Assembly: GCA_041738235.1 (NCBI GenBank)
Contig: JBGSQF010000013.1
Coordinates: forward strand, 129,583 to 193,582
DNA: 64,000 nt
Reading direction: 5' to 3'
Source of the DNA: Minisyncoccia bacterium
Lineage (GTDB): Bacteria; Patescibacteriota; Minisyncoccia; Moranbacterales; GCA-2747515
Made by a program: the position numbers and the translations under genes
Part shown: one piece after another, positions 10,038 to 19,317 of the stretch
How positions within the stretch are numbered: the stretch's first letter is position 1
How the letters are laid out: every line of letters starts with the position of its first letter
Notes under the pieces: generated by a model
Told to the model about the DNA's origin: nothing
What the model saw: the letters and a program-made list of their open reading frames with translations, nothing else
Databases searched by the model: none

Positions 10038-10661
10038 ATGGAACTTCGAGAATTTTTACGCCTTCTTCAGAGAGAGTGGAAGTCCCTTATTGGTACGGTG
10101 CTTCTTATCATGGGAGGAACATTTTTGTGGCAAAATATACAACCCGTGAGTTATAAGACGGTCGTTTCTTTGCATATTGCACGGGAATTCGATTCGGACC
10201 AGCAGTCCAATGAGTATCGTTATGGAGATTTTTACCGACTTCAAGCGGATGAGAAGTTCGGTGATACGGTAGTTCGCTGGCTTCTTTCTCCGGGGATCGT
10301 ACTTGATATTCTCAAGGGGGCGGGGATCTCTTCGGAAAGACTTTCTTATGGGGATCTGCCAAAGCAGTTCCAACCCAAACGCCTTTCTTCTCAATTCATC
10401 GAAGTTCGTTTTTCTACTCCTGTTCAGGATGAGGGAAAACGTATCGCAGATAGCATGCGGACGGTTCTTAACAAACAAACGAGCGACCTAAACGTAGACT
10501 CAAAAAAACAGGATGGGTGGTTTGTAGTAGTTGTTGACGATCCAGTTACATATCTTGATGTTTTTGATTGGAAAAAAACGCTGACATTTTCGGGGATCCT
10601 CGGTATTATTGCGGGAGTGTGGTTGGTTGTAGGAAAGCGGTATTTTACGGAAGGAAGGTAA
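10038..10661 (+). CDS. Bitopic membrane protein with a Wzz/CpsC-like (polysaccharide chain-length determinant) topology.
   Basis: It has an N-terminal and a C-terminal transmembrane helix flanking a soluble loop. It lies inside a cluster of glycosyltransferases. The call rests on topology and context only. Confidence 0.4.
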   Translation: MELREFLRLLQREWKSLIGTVLLIMGGTFLWQNIQPVSYKTVVSLHIAREFDSDQQSNEYRYGDFYRLQADEKFGDTVVRWLLSPGIVLDILKGAGISSERLSYGDLPKQFQPKRLSSQFIEVRFSTPVQDEGKRIADSMRTVLNKQTSDLNVDSKKQDGWFVVVVDDPVTYLDVFDWKKTLTFSGILGIIAGVWLVVGKRYFTEGR

Positions 10662-10671
10662 AACTACAGGT

Positions 10672-11832
10672 ATGAGAATAGGGGTTGATATCCGGTGTCT
10701 CTCTGAGGGGAGGCGCTCTGGTGTTGAGGAATACGTGGAAGAAACGCTTAAAAGTGTTTTGTCCATGGATCCATATAATGAGTATGTTTTTTTCTTAAAT
10801 GCCTTTTCTGATATAAAAGCTGATCTTTCGTGGACTAAACAATACGCGAATGTTTCTCTGTCTCGATGGAAAATACCAAATAAGATACTAAACCTTTCTT
10901 TGTGGTATCTGAAGTGGCCGAAGCTTGATCGCCTAATCGGAGGAGTAGACATCTTCTTTGCTCCGAATATAAACTTTTTAGCCCTTTCGAAGCGAACAAA
11001 ACTCGTACTCACCATGCATGATCTTTCTTTTGAGCTGTATCCGGAAACATTTTCCTGGAAGCGAAGGTTGTGGCACTTCTTTATTGCGCCGAGAGCGCTC
11101 TGCCGACATGCTGATCGCCTTGTGGCTGTTTCGCGCTCGACTGCCCAGGACCTCATTACGCATTACGCTATTTCTCGAGAAAAGATATCGGTGGTCTACA
11201 GCGGAGTTGGGGAGAAGTATGTTACGATAGACAGGAACGATCCAGTGCTTCTGCGAACTAAGGAGAAGTATGGTCTTCCATACCGATTCATACTTTTTTT
11301 GGGAACATGGGAACCAAGGAAAAATATAGATGCATTGATCGCGGCGTACAATGCGTATAGAAAAGATCATCGGGGAGAGACTTACTATCATTTGGTTTTG
11401 GCTGGAACTCCGGGGTGGAAGTCAAAGTCAATATACGATGCTATTAAGAGTTCTCCTTATCAAGATTCTATCCATCTTTTAGGATTTGTTGATGATGTTG
11501 ATAAACCAGCACTCTATAATTTGGCAGAGATATTCTTGTACCCTTCTTTGTATGAGGGATTTGGATTCCCAGTTCTGGAGGCAATGCGTTGCGGAACGCC
11601 AGCAATCACTTCTCATACATCTTCACTATCAGAGGTAACGGACGGTCAAGCGATCCTGGTGGATCCCTATAAACCAGACGAATTGTATCGAGCTATCAAG
11701 GAGCTTCTAAGCGATAAACAACTACGCAAGATGTGTGCTGAGAATGGTATGAGAAAAGCATATATATACCGTTGGCATCTTTCCGGATCGGCACTTCTCG
11801 AGGTTTTCCGTGAAGTATTGGGTAATAAATAA
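10672..11832 (+). CDS. Glycosyltransferase family 1 (GT4-type).
   Basis: It contains the EX7E region EGFGFPVLEAMRCGTPAITS and is 386 aa. Confidence 0.9.
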   Translation: MRIGVDIRCLSEGRRSGVEEYVEETLKSVLSMDPYNEYVFFLNAFSDIKADLSWTKQYANVSLSRWKIPNKILNLSLWYLKWPKLDRLIGGVDIFFAPNINFLALSKRTKLVLTMHDLSFELYPETFSWKRRLWHFFIAPRALCRHADRLVAVSRSTAQDLITHYAISREKISVVYSGVGEKYVTIDRNDPVLLRTKEKYGLPYRFILFLGTWEPRKNIDALIAAYNAYRKDHRGETYYHLVLAGTPGWKSKSIYDAIKSSPYQDSIHLLGFVDDVDKPALYNLAEIFLYPSLYEGFGFPVLEAMRCGTPAITSHTSSLSEVTDGQAILVDPYKPDELYRAIKELLSDKQLRKMCAENGMRKAYIYRWHLSGSALLEVFREVLGNK

Positions 11833-11876
11833 AAGTTGGTATAGACTTTTTAGCTAGTATACTTTAAATCTTATAT

Positions 11877-12302
11877 ATGTCTTGGATCTTTTATGCGTTT
11901 CTTTCAGCGGGTTTTGCAGCGCTTGTGGCCATATTTGGGAAAGTTGGTATTCAAAACCTTGATTCTACCCTAGCTACAACAGTTCGGTCTGTTATTATGG
12001 CTATATTTTTGCTTACTGTGAGTATATCCTTAGGAAAGTTTAGACATTTTGAAATGTCTTCATTTACCGGGAAAGAATGGCTATTTATCATACTTGCTGG
12101 GATCTCTGGAGCGATGTCTTGGTTATTCTATTTTTTTGCACTTAAAAATGGTCCTGCTGGTGCTGTTTCGGCCATAGATCGAACAAGCATTGTTTTTGTT
12201 GTGGTGTTGGCCGCTCTTTTTTTGGGTGAATCTTTTGGCTGGAAGACGGGTATTGGTGCGACCCTCATCGCTTTGGGAGCGTATCTTATCACAATGAAGT
12301 AA
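11877..12302 (+). CDS. Small EamA-like (DMT superfamily) 4-TM membrane protein.
   Basis: A 141-aa protein with four predicted transmembrane helices and an EamA-like pattern. It is followed by a hairpin terminator. Confidence 0.6.
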   Translation: MSWIFYAFLSAGFAALVAIFGKVGIQNLDSTLATTVRSVIMAIFLLTVSISLGKFRHFEMSSFTGKEWLFIILAGISGAMSWLFYFFALKNGPAGAVSAIDRTSIVFVVVLAALFLGESFGWKTGIGATLIALGAYLITMK

Positions 12303-12343
12303 TTGTATATAGAGAGGGCTACATTGTAACTGTATGATGTGAT

Positions 12344-12377
12344 GAAAGCGGTCCTGGCGAGGGCCGCTTTCTTTGTT
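12344..12377 (+). terminator. Rho-independent terminator after the EamA-like gene.
   Basis: The hairpin GAAAGCGGtcctggcgagggCCGCTTTC is followed by TTTGTT. Confidence 0.6.
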
Positions 12378-12395
12378 GAAGGGAAGGGTGAGGGT

Positions 12396-12920
12396 TTATT
12401 TTTGGGTCAGTGCGTCAACCCGTTCCAGGAAGCCTGTTATAGTGCCTAAATAGGCGGGTGGTGTTCTTTGGAATCTTTTCCGAGATTCATCACGAAGTGT
12501 CTCCACGGCCCTTTTCGCCAGATTGTTGTCGATGCGTCCAAACCTTCTCTTTCCGAGCCTCTTGAGATCAGCCTTTGTCACTGATCCACGTAAGGAGAGT
12601 CCCAGTGCAGACCTTTCGCTTAGCAGAAGAATGATGACGCTTACAACAACTCTCCTTGGCGTGCTGAGAAGATAGTTGATCGAGTTCTCGTTTTTAAGTT
12701 CATCGAGAAGGTCGATCATGATCCCCTCACAACCGTCTTGTTTTATTCTTCCCACGAGTGTTTCTACCGTCTCTACCGGGCATGCTTTGCATGCTTCAGT
12801 CGGGTCTTCCATGTCTTCTTTCGTGGGAGGGGCAGGCACCGGTTTTGTGAGGACATTTTTTAGGATCTTCAAGATACCCATGACACTTTTCCTCTTTTGG
12901 CTGTTATGGGACAACTTCAT
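12396..12920 (-). CDS. Hypothetical protein.
   Basis: A 174-aa ORF transcribed divergently from the miaB-like gene. It is about 48% GC, slightly above the local average. I recognise no domain. Confidence 0.45.
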   Translation of the reverse strand: MKLSHNSQKRKSVMGILKILKNVLTKPVPAPPTKEDMEDPTEACKACPVETVETLVGRIKQDGCEGIMIDLLDELKNENSINYLLSTPRRVVVSVIILLLSERSALGLSLRGSVTKADLKRLGKRRFGRIDNNLAKRAVETLRDESRKRFQRTPPAYLGTITGFLERVDALTQK

Positions 12921-13051
12921 TCTTGCACTTTATTCTAAAAGTAGCAAAGGTAGGACTATGGGTTGATAAAAGCGAGAGAATCCGTTATGCTTCAATCGTT
13001 CTTGTAAAAGGTTTTTTCACGGACTTGTAGATATATATTTGTGAGAGGTGT

Positions 13052-14215
13052 ATGAAGCTATTGATCAAGACATTTGGGTGTCAGCAAAATGTGGCGGATT
13101 CTCAGCGGATCGCGTCCTATTATATTGCACGCGGATACACTTTGATCGAAAATGATGAAAACGCCGATCTTATCGTGATCAATAGCTGTATGATACGGGA
13201 GAAGGCAGAAGAGCGGGTGTATGGATATATCCGGAATTTGCGCAAAATTCGTGGACCTAAGGCCTTACGGATCGTTCTGACGGGATGTATCGTGGGAGCA
13301 TCAGTGCGAGAACCAAGCGGAAAAATGAAGAAAAAACTCGAAAAACGTATTCCTGATGTAGAGCTCTTGTCGATCGATGAGGTGGGTTTTGAACATTTAC
13401 CGGTACGAAAGGAAGGCGAAAAACACGGTTGGGTAGTTATTTCTAACGGGTGCAATAATTATTGTGCATTTTGTATCGTGCCTTTTTCTCGTGGAAAAGA
13501 GGTCTCACGTCCTTATAAAGATGTTCTTGACGAGACAAAAGGAATGGTGGCAGAAGGGTATGAAAGCATCACACTTTTGGGACAAAATGTAAATTCCTAC
13601 GGGAGTGATCTGGTTTGTGAAGGACAATACGCGTTGCCTGATGGAAGAAGGGTGGATCCAGTTATGGTAAAACACTTGGGACGGTATCGTATTCCTACGC
13701 TCTTTCCCTATCTTTTGGAGGATGTGGCCAGGATCCCAGGAATCAAAACCGTTACGTTCACCAGCTCCAATCCGTGGGATTTTTCTGATGAGCTGATCGA
13801 TGTGATCGCGCGCAATAAAAATATTGACCGACTACTTCATCTTCCGGTGCAGTCGGGAAGTACCAAGATCATCAAAGCGATGAACCGATGGTATACACGA
13901 GAGGCGTATCTCGAACTTCTCGAACGAATACAAAAGCATATTCCCGAGGCAAGGTTTATTACCGATATTATCGTCGGATTTCCCGGTGAGACGGAAGAAG
14001 ATTTTGAAGAAACGGTTGATCTGGCACGTCAAGCCGGTTTTGTTCGTGCCTTTATCGCCTGTTATTCTCCTCGACCGGGAACGCATGCCACGAAAGAGAT
14101 GGCTGATGTAATCCCCTGGGAAGAGAAGAAGAGAAGGATGCAAGTACTTAACAAACTCATTAATCTTTCCCACCCAGGCGTGTCAGAGGGAAAGGATTGG
14201 ATACGAAGGTCGTAA
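13052..14215 (+). CDS. MiaB-like tRNA methylthiotransferase (radical SAM MTTase), short form without a TRAM domain.
   Basis: It has an N-terminal MTTase domain (FGCQQN...INSCMIRE) and the radical SAM CxxxCxxC motif (GCNNYCAFC). It stops at 387 aa, before any TRAM domain. Confidence 0.85.
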   Translation: MKLLIKTFGCQQNVADSQRIASYYIARGYTLIENDENADLIVINSCMIREKAEERVYGYIRNLRKIRGPKALRIVLTGCIVGASVREPSGKMKKKLEKRIPDVELLSIDEVGFEHLPVRKEGEKHGWVVISNGCNNYCAFCIVPFSRGKEVSRPYKDVLDETKGMVAEGYESITLLGQNVNSYGSDLVCEGQYALPDGRRVDPVMVKHLGRYRIPTLFPYLLEDVARIPGIKTVTFTSSNPWDFSDELIDVIARNKNIDRLLHLPVQSGSTKIIKAMNRWYTREAYLELLERIQKHIPEARFITDIIVGFPGETEEDFEETVDLARQAGFVRAFIACYSPRPGTHATKEMADVIPWEEKKRRMQVLNKLINLSHPGVSEGKDWIRRS

Positions 14216-14254
14216 AGCGTTCAATATAAATGTCTTATATGTAACATTTATCGT

Positions 14255-14689
14255 ATGAAGCTCCCCGTCAAAAGATTTGATAAAGGGATAGCACTGCCCA
14301 AATATGAGAAATTGGCAGCCGGATTTGATTTCAGAGTACGAAAAGGAGCCACCTTTCAACCGGGGGAAATAAAGCCCGTTCCAGCAAACATTGCCCTTCA
14401 AATTCCGGACGGATACGTTTTATTAGTTGTTCCTCGAAGCAGTACGGCGTCTCGCATCGGACTCGGTATGCCGCATTCTATGGGTGTTATAGATCCCTAC
14501 TACTGTGGGGACGACAATGAGATCATGCTCATCTTTTAAAACATCACAAACCATATTGTCCGAGTAAAAAGAGGAGATATTTTGGCACAAGGACTATTAC
14601 TCCATTGTAAAAAAGTTGAGTTTGAAGAAGTGGATCATTTATCAAAATCAGAAAGGGGGGTCTGGAAACTTAAATATCAAAGAAAATAA
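14255..14689 (+). pseudogene. dut: dUTP diphosphatase (dUTPase) reading frame interrupted by an in-frame TAA at 14537..14539.
   Basis: The upstream segment carries dUTPase motifs 1-3 (AAGFDFR, PRSSTASRIGL, GVIDPYYCGD). Past the TAA the same frame continues through motif 4 (VRVKRGDILAQ) and reaches a stop at 14687..14689. Confidence 0.6.
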
Positions 14690-14700
14690 AAGCTGTTCTT

Positions 14701-15294
14701 ATGAAAAATACCCAAGCGATGCTTTTTGATGTCGACGGAGTGGTGATACGGCCGCCAAAACTTTTTAGCCAGCAATATCAAGAAAAGTTTCACGCGCCGA
14801 GTGATGCGTATTTGAGGGAGTTTTTTGGTGGCGTATTTCGCGAGTGCACGCTTGGCAAGCTCGATCTCAAGGAAGTGATGAGCGAGCGACTTATCGACTG
14901 GAGATGGAATGGCACGGTAGAGGAATTTTTGGATCTTTGGTTTACCTCGGAAAACTATCCGGAGAAAGCTCTCATAGCCAAGATACAGGATATTCGGAAA
15001 AGGGGTGTTCAGTGTTATCTTGCGACCAACCAGGAGAAGTACCGGACTGACTATATGAAAAAGGAAATGGGTTTTGGTGTGCTTTTTGACGGTATTTACA
15101 CACCCTTTGAGATTGGGTACAGAAAACCAGACCTTGAATTTTATACGTATATTGTGCGAGATCTTAGGATAAACCCAGAAAATATTGTATACTTGGATGA
15201 TGAAGTGGAGAATATCGAGAGAGCAAAAGAACTGGGCATTCTCGGACATGTATATTGCGATATACGAGACGTTCTAAAACTTATCGCACAGTAA
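14701..15294 (+). CDS. HAD-superfamily hydrolase.
   Basis: Motif I is LFDVDGVV. The protein is 197 aa with the HAD fold pattern. Confidence 0.8.
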   Translation: MKNTQAMLFDVDGVVIRPPKLFSQQYQEKFHAPSDAYLREFFGGVFRECTLGKLDLKEVMSERLIDWRWNGTVEEFLDLWFTSENYPEKALIAKIQDIRKRGVQCYLATNQEKYRTDYMKKEMGFGVLFDGIYTPFEIGYRKPDLEFYTYIVRDLRINPENIVYLDDEVENIERAKELGILGHVYCDIRDVLKLIAQ

Positions 15295-15300
15295 ATCTTT

Positions 15301-16320
15301 ATGGGGCTTGAAACGATATCGACCGATAAAAAAGAGTGGGAATCGGACAATGAACCATTACCTTCTGAAGAAGAGAGGGAACTCCGATCGGGTTGGGAAA
15401 AGGGTAGGGATACTTTTGTCGTTAATGGAAAGACAGTTGAATTCTATGGATTGTCGCACACCATCGATACGATGCGTCTGTACAGAAAGGAGATCGAAGA
15501 TGCTATTCAAGGAGCTTCCTGTGTCTTTTCTGAGGCAACACCCATTCTTTATTCAGAGAACTCTCCTTTGCAGTTGGATCTGCTTCCTTTATTTCTTCCC
15601 GAGCAACGAGAAGACATAAGAAGGATGACCTATTTTTTTAATGAGATACACCATATATGTCGAGATAATTCTCGTCGGGTGTATACAAGTGATCCTCTTA
15701 TGAGCGGTCGTCTGGCCGATATTGTTGAAAAAAGGTCTTCCCTTCGGGAATTTGAGGTGGCGAGGGAGATGGATCGCCTACAAGTGGTCCTCGGGTCAAT
15801 AGCTGGGATTCTTGTTGGGACAGATGTCGAAGACCCAAAAGATGGAAAAGTGGATCAGCCGAAGGAGCAACAAAAGAAACGGGGGCTTACTCGTCGAGAT
15901 CTGCTCAAGGGAGTTCTTGCAGGTACTGCTATATCGTCCATGAACGGAACTCTTGGAAAAGTACTTTCTTCTCAAGGGAGTGACGAATTTGATAGAACAG
16001 ACATATTAGGATTTAACGTGCACAGTTTTCGGGATTACCGAGATATTTGTATAGCAAAAGGGCTCGATCTGCTTACCAAAAATATTCAGTCAGATGCTCC
16101 AGTGGTTGCCATTTATGGGGCGGATCACACGGCTCCTGTAAAATACTATCTTGGACATCCAAAGGAAAGGGAATTGAGGTTTAAAATGTATGAATCTACG
16201 CGAGAAAAAGTTCCTACCGCACTTCTTGGATATGAAATCGATGAAAATGGTACTTGGAAGATCACTGAAGAGCTGAAATATGAAAGGGACGCCCCATCTT
16301 TTATTTCACATAAAAAATAA
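15301..16320 (+). CDS. Hypothetical protein with an internal twin-arginine-like motif.
   Basis: A 339-aa ORF. The motif TRRDLLKGVLAGTAISS sits near residue 195, not at the N-terminus. Confidence 0.5.
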   Translation: MGLETISTDKKEWESDNEPLPSEEERELRSGWEKGRDTFVVNGKTVEFYGLSHTIDTMRLYRKEIEDAIQGASCVFSEATPILYSENSPLQLDLLPLFLPEQREDIRRMTYFFNEIHHICRDNSRRVYTSDPLMSGRLADIVEKRSSLREFEVAREMDRLQVVLGSIAGILVGTDVEDPKDGKVDQPKEQQKKRGLTRRDLLKGVLAGTAISSMNGTLGKVLSSQGSDEFDRTDILGFNVHSFRDYRDICIAKGLDLLTKNIQSDAPVVAIYGADHTAPVKYYLGHPKERELRFKMYESTREKVPTALLGYEIDENGTWKITEELKYERDAPSFISHKK

Positions 16321-16338
16321 TTCGTAATATATAAGCGT

Positions 16339-16542
16339 ATGCAATGCAATGTAGGAAAGGTCGACAAGTGGATCCGTATCGTTCTTGGAACTCTTATTAT
16401 TGTTTTGGGAGTAGTATACCAAAGTTGGTGGGGTTTATTGGGCCTTGTTCTTGCGGGGACTGAGGTCTTCGGTTTTTGTTTGCTCTATGTTCTTTTGGGT
16501 ATCTCGACCTGCAAAAAGAGCGAACCTTCCCAAAAACAATAG
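16339..16542 (+). CDS. DUF2892 (YgaP-like) small membrane protein.
   Basis: A 67-aa protein with an NVGxxDRxxR-like start (NVGKVDKWIRIVLG) and two transmembrane helices. Confidence 0.6.
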   Translation: MQCNVGKVDKWIRIVLGTLIIVLGVVYQSWWGLLGLVLAGTEVFGFCLLYVLLGISTCKKSEPSQKQ

Positions 16543-16545
16543 CGT

Positions 16546-17085
16546 ATGAAAACATTTACGCCAGCTGAGCAAAATATTGTTTTTTATGACGGTGAGTTCA
16601 CTTCTCTTAACCCTTATACGGGAGAGCTTTTTTCGGTGGGAATGATAAAACCCAGTGGGGAAGAACTGTATGTGGAGATCGAACCAAAGGGAAAATTAAG
16701 CAAGTGGGATCAGGAGCATGTTGTTCCGTATCTTCTAGGAACGTATATTTCTCGCGAGGAGGCGAAGTATGCTATTACTGATTTTCTGGGAAAGGATCAG
16801 CCTCATTTAGTGTGTTTCGTTCCTCAGTATGATATGGTGTTTCTGCACAAACTTTTCAATGTGGGAGATCATTCTCAGGACGATCTCCCGTATCATTGGA
16901 TGCCTATTGATTTTGCTTCTATCCTTTTTTCTCTTGGGGTCAACCCTCGGCATTACAGTGACAGCAATATGACATTTTTTGACACGCTTGGTATTGATCT
17001 AGGGGTGTACAAGAAGCACAATGCGCTTGATGATGCAAGGCTTCTCAAAACGACGTATGAACGACTTTCCCAAAAGCAAGAATGA
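16546..17085 (+). CDS. 3'-5' exonuclease of the DEDDh family (oligoribonuclease / RNase T-like).
   Basis: It contains the HNALDDA motif and an N-terminal acidic motif (FYDGEFT). Confidence 0.7.
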   Translation: MKTFTPAEQNIVFYDGEFTSLNPYTGELFSVGMIKPSGEELYVEIEPKGKLSKWDQEHVVPYLLGTYISREEAKYAITDFLGKDQPHLVCFVPQYDMVFLHKLFNVGDHSQDDLPYHWMPIDFASILFSLGVNPRHYSDSNMTFFDTLGIDLGVYKKHNALDDARLLKTTYERLSQKQE

Positions 17086-17183
17086 TTTATCCTTGCCTTT
17101 TTGTAGAGAATTTGCCTGTTTCCGGGAGGAATGCTATAGTAGAAAATCCGATCAGAAAAGAAAGTCTGATAATACATAATAAA

Positions 17184-17474
17184 ATGAGTATGAGTGATAT
17201 GTTTGCGAGGGTGAAGGCGGGCATCGGTTCGTTCATTCGTCAGCTTCGGAGCAATATGTTTCTTCTGTTCATAGTGGCGGTCATTGTTGGGGGGCTGTTC
17301 AAATTGGGTGTTTCGCAATTTATCACAATCGGGTACAATGATTATCTCACAGAAAAGAATGTGGGCTTTGATTTCGCTCAGATGAAGCAAGACGTTGATA
17401 AAAAAAACCAAGAAGCTCAGCAACAAGGTGGACAAGAGAGTGCAAATCCGGCACCTGCTGCCTGTGGAGCATAG
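17184..17474 (+). CDS. Small hypothetical membrane protein.
   Basis: It has one transmembrane helix and a Gln-rich tail. The start is taken as an internal Met of the ORF 17082..17474. Confidence 0.35.
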   Translation: MSMSDMFARVKAGIGSFIRQLRSNMFLLFIVAVIVGGLFKLGVSQFITIGYNDYLTEKNVGFDFAQMKQDVDKKNQEAQQQGGQESANPAPAACGA

Positions 17475-17525
17475 AAAGCAAGACCAAGGCGTAAGAGTAA
17501 GAAAGTTAATCTGTAAGAAAAAACT

Positions 17526-18665
17526 ATGGAAAACAGCAATGATTCAGAAGTGGTGAGTTCAGAGGATTTGAATACTGAGCCACCAAAGAAAAACGATTTT
17601 CTCGCCGTGATCATTTTGTTGGCAGGACTACTTGTGGGGAGTATGTTTATTGACGTTGCTCAGCTTATTTCTGGACAGGGATTTTCACAAAAAGCTCTTC
17701 GTAAAGCGGATGTCTTCGAATCGGATGGGAAGACCTGGGTAGCCTATACTGATCCCGCCGTTCACGTGAGTGTTCTTACTGATGATACTTGCGATAAATG
17801 TAATCCCGATGAAGCCCTTCTTTTTCTTCGTCAATATATTCCAACAATGATCGCGGAAAAAGTAAACACTTCGTCCGATAAGGGAAAGCAACTGATCGAG
17901 AAGATCAGCGCAAAGACCATCCCCGCATTTGTGTTCGATTCTTCTTTGGAAAAGACAGAATTTTACACACAAGCACAGCAGATCTTGGACAAGAAGGATA
18001 ATTTATTTGTTCTCAACACTCAGGCCATGGGTGTTCCAGTAGGAAAATATCTTACTCTTCCTGAGGTGGGTAACGATGCGATCGTACTTGGAAATAAAGA
18101 TGCACAGCTCCGCGTAATAGAGTACTCTGATTTTCAATGTCCGTATTGCAAGGCGATGTACCCTGTCATCGGTCAAATGCTAAAGGAATATGGCGATAAA
18201 ATAGCTTTTGTCTATAAACAGCTTCCGCTTTCATTTCATCCTCAAGCAGAAAATGCCGCCCTTGCTTCCGAATGTGCTAATGAGCAGGGAAAGTTCAAGG
18301 AATATCACGACAAGCTTTTTGAACAGCAGGATAAGTGGACTGCCACAGAAGGAGTCGCCTCCTTTAAACAATATGCTTTGCAACTTCGCTTAAATGGCCA
18401 GCAATTTAACACCTGCCTTGATTCTAAGAAGTATGCCGATAAGGTTAAGGCCGATTCAGACCAGGCTAAAGAATTTGGTATTAGTGGGACGCCAGGAATA
18501 TTTGTTGGAACGGAATTTCTTGGTGGTGCAGTAGAGTACAGCACCCTTAAAGGAATGATCGATCAGCAATTAGGGAATGCTTCTGCAGAGACTGCTCCGG
18601 CGGACGGCACCACTCCTCAAGAGGAGGGTTCTCAGCAACCGGCCGATGTTGGAAACAAGGCATAA
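17526..18665 (+). CDS. Membrane-anchored DsbA-family thiol:disulfide oxidoreductase.
   Basis: It has an N-terminal transmembrane helix. It carries a CPYC active-site motif inside a thioredoxin fold, plus an upstream thioredoxin-like domain. Confidence 0.8.
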   Translation: MENSNDSEVVSSEDLNTEPPKKNDFLAVIILLAGLLVGSMFIDVAQLISGQGFSQKALRKADVFESDGKTWVAYTDPAVHVSVLTDDTCDKCNPDEALLFLRQYIPTMIAEKVNTSSDKGKQLIEKISAKTIPAFVFDSSLEKTEFYTQAQQILDKKDNLFVLNTQAMGVPVGKYLTLPEVGNDAIVLGNKDAQLRVIEYSDFQCPYCKAMYPVIGQMLKEYGDKIAFVYKQLPLSFHPQAENAALASECANEQGKFKEYHDKLFEQQDKWTATEGVASFKQYALQLRLNGQQFNTCLDSKKYADKVKADSDQAKEFGISGTPGIFVGTEFLGGAVEYSTLKGMIDQQLGNASAETAPADGTTPQEEGSQQPADVGNKA

Positions 18666-18691
18666 AAGTAAGTAATTGGAAATTGGAAAGA

Positions 18692-18727
18692 AAAGAGGTC
18701 GAAGGTGCTTTGCACTCGACCTCTTTA
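18692..18727 (+). terminator. Hairpin terminator downstream of the DsbA-like gene.
   Basis: The hairpin GAGGTCGAaggtgctttgcacTCGACCTC is followed by TTTAAG. Confidence 0.5.
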
Positions 18728-19317
18728 AGATTGTAGATGTTCCCCAGATAGAGCTCATCTTTCCTGGATTCAAATTGGAGAAGGGTATGGGGTGACGAAG
18801 TGTCTAAGAGCTTCAGGCATTTTTCTTCGATCGATCCACATTTTCCTTTCCACCTCTTCTCCCTCTAGACGCACCACAAAGAGATAGATTTCCCCCGCCC
18901 AGTTCCTAAACCAAAACCTTTCTCGAAGGTTTTGAGGAAGGCATCTGCGGACACTTTCTAGAGGGGTTTCCCCCGGAAGCGATGCAACTCGGTAGGAAAT
19001 CTTTGTTATATTTACTTCCTCTACTGGCAGTTGGGTATCTTCCCAAAAGACCGAGGAGGTACTTATTTTGCACATTGAGCTTCTCCCGAATGACCAAAGA
19101 ACTATGCTGCATAAAACAAAAACAACCCCGCGAAGGGCTGCCTGTGTTTTTGTTTGTGAAACTTTTACAAACAACAAGCCCTTCGCGACGTTATCGCAAA
19201 GAAAAACCAAAAACTTACTTGTTGATGCATTTTGTTCATGAGTATATATTACAAGATATCGAGAGGAGCTGTCAAGAATCCTCCCACTCTTTAAAAGATC
19301 GATCATACTGTTCTATA

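Noticed and set aside
14677-15249. A 190-aa ORF antisense to the HAD hydrolase.
   Set aside because: It is a shadow ORF with no recognisable domain.
18770-19306. A 178-aa minus-strand ORF filling the dsbA-GATase gap.
   Set aside because: It reads straight through nested inverted repeats and hairpins. It has no protein-like features. I treat the region as noncoding structured DNA/RNA.
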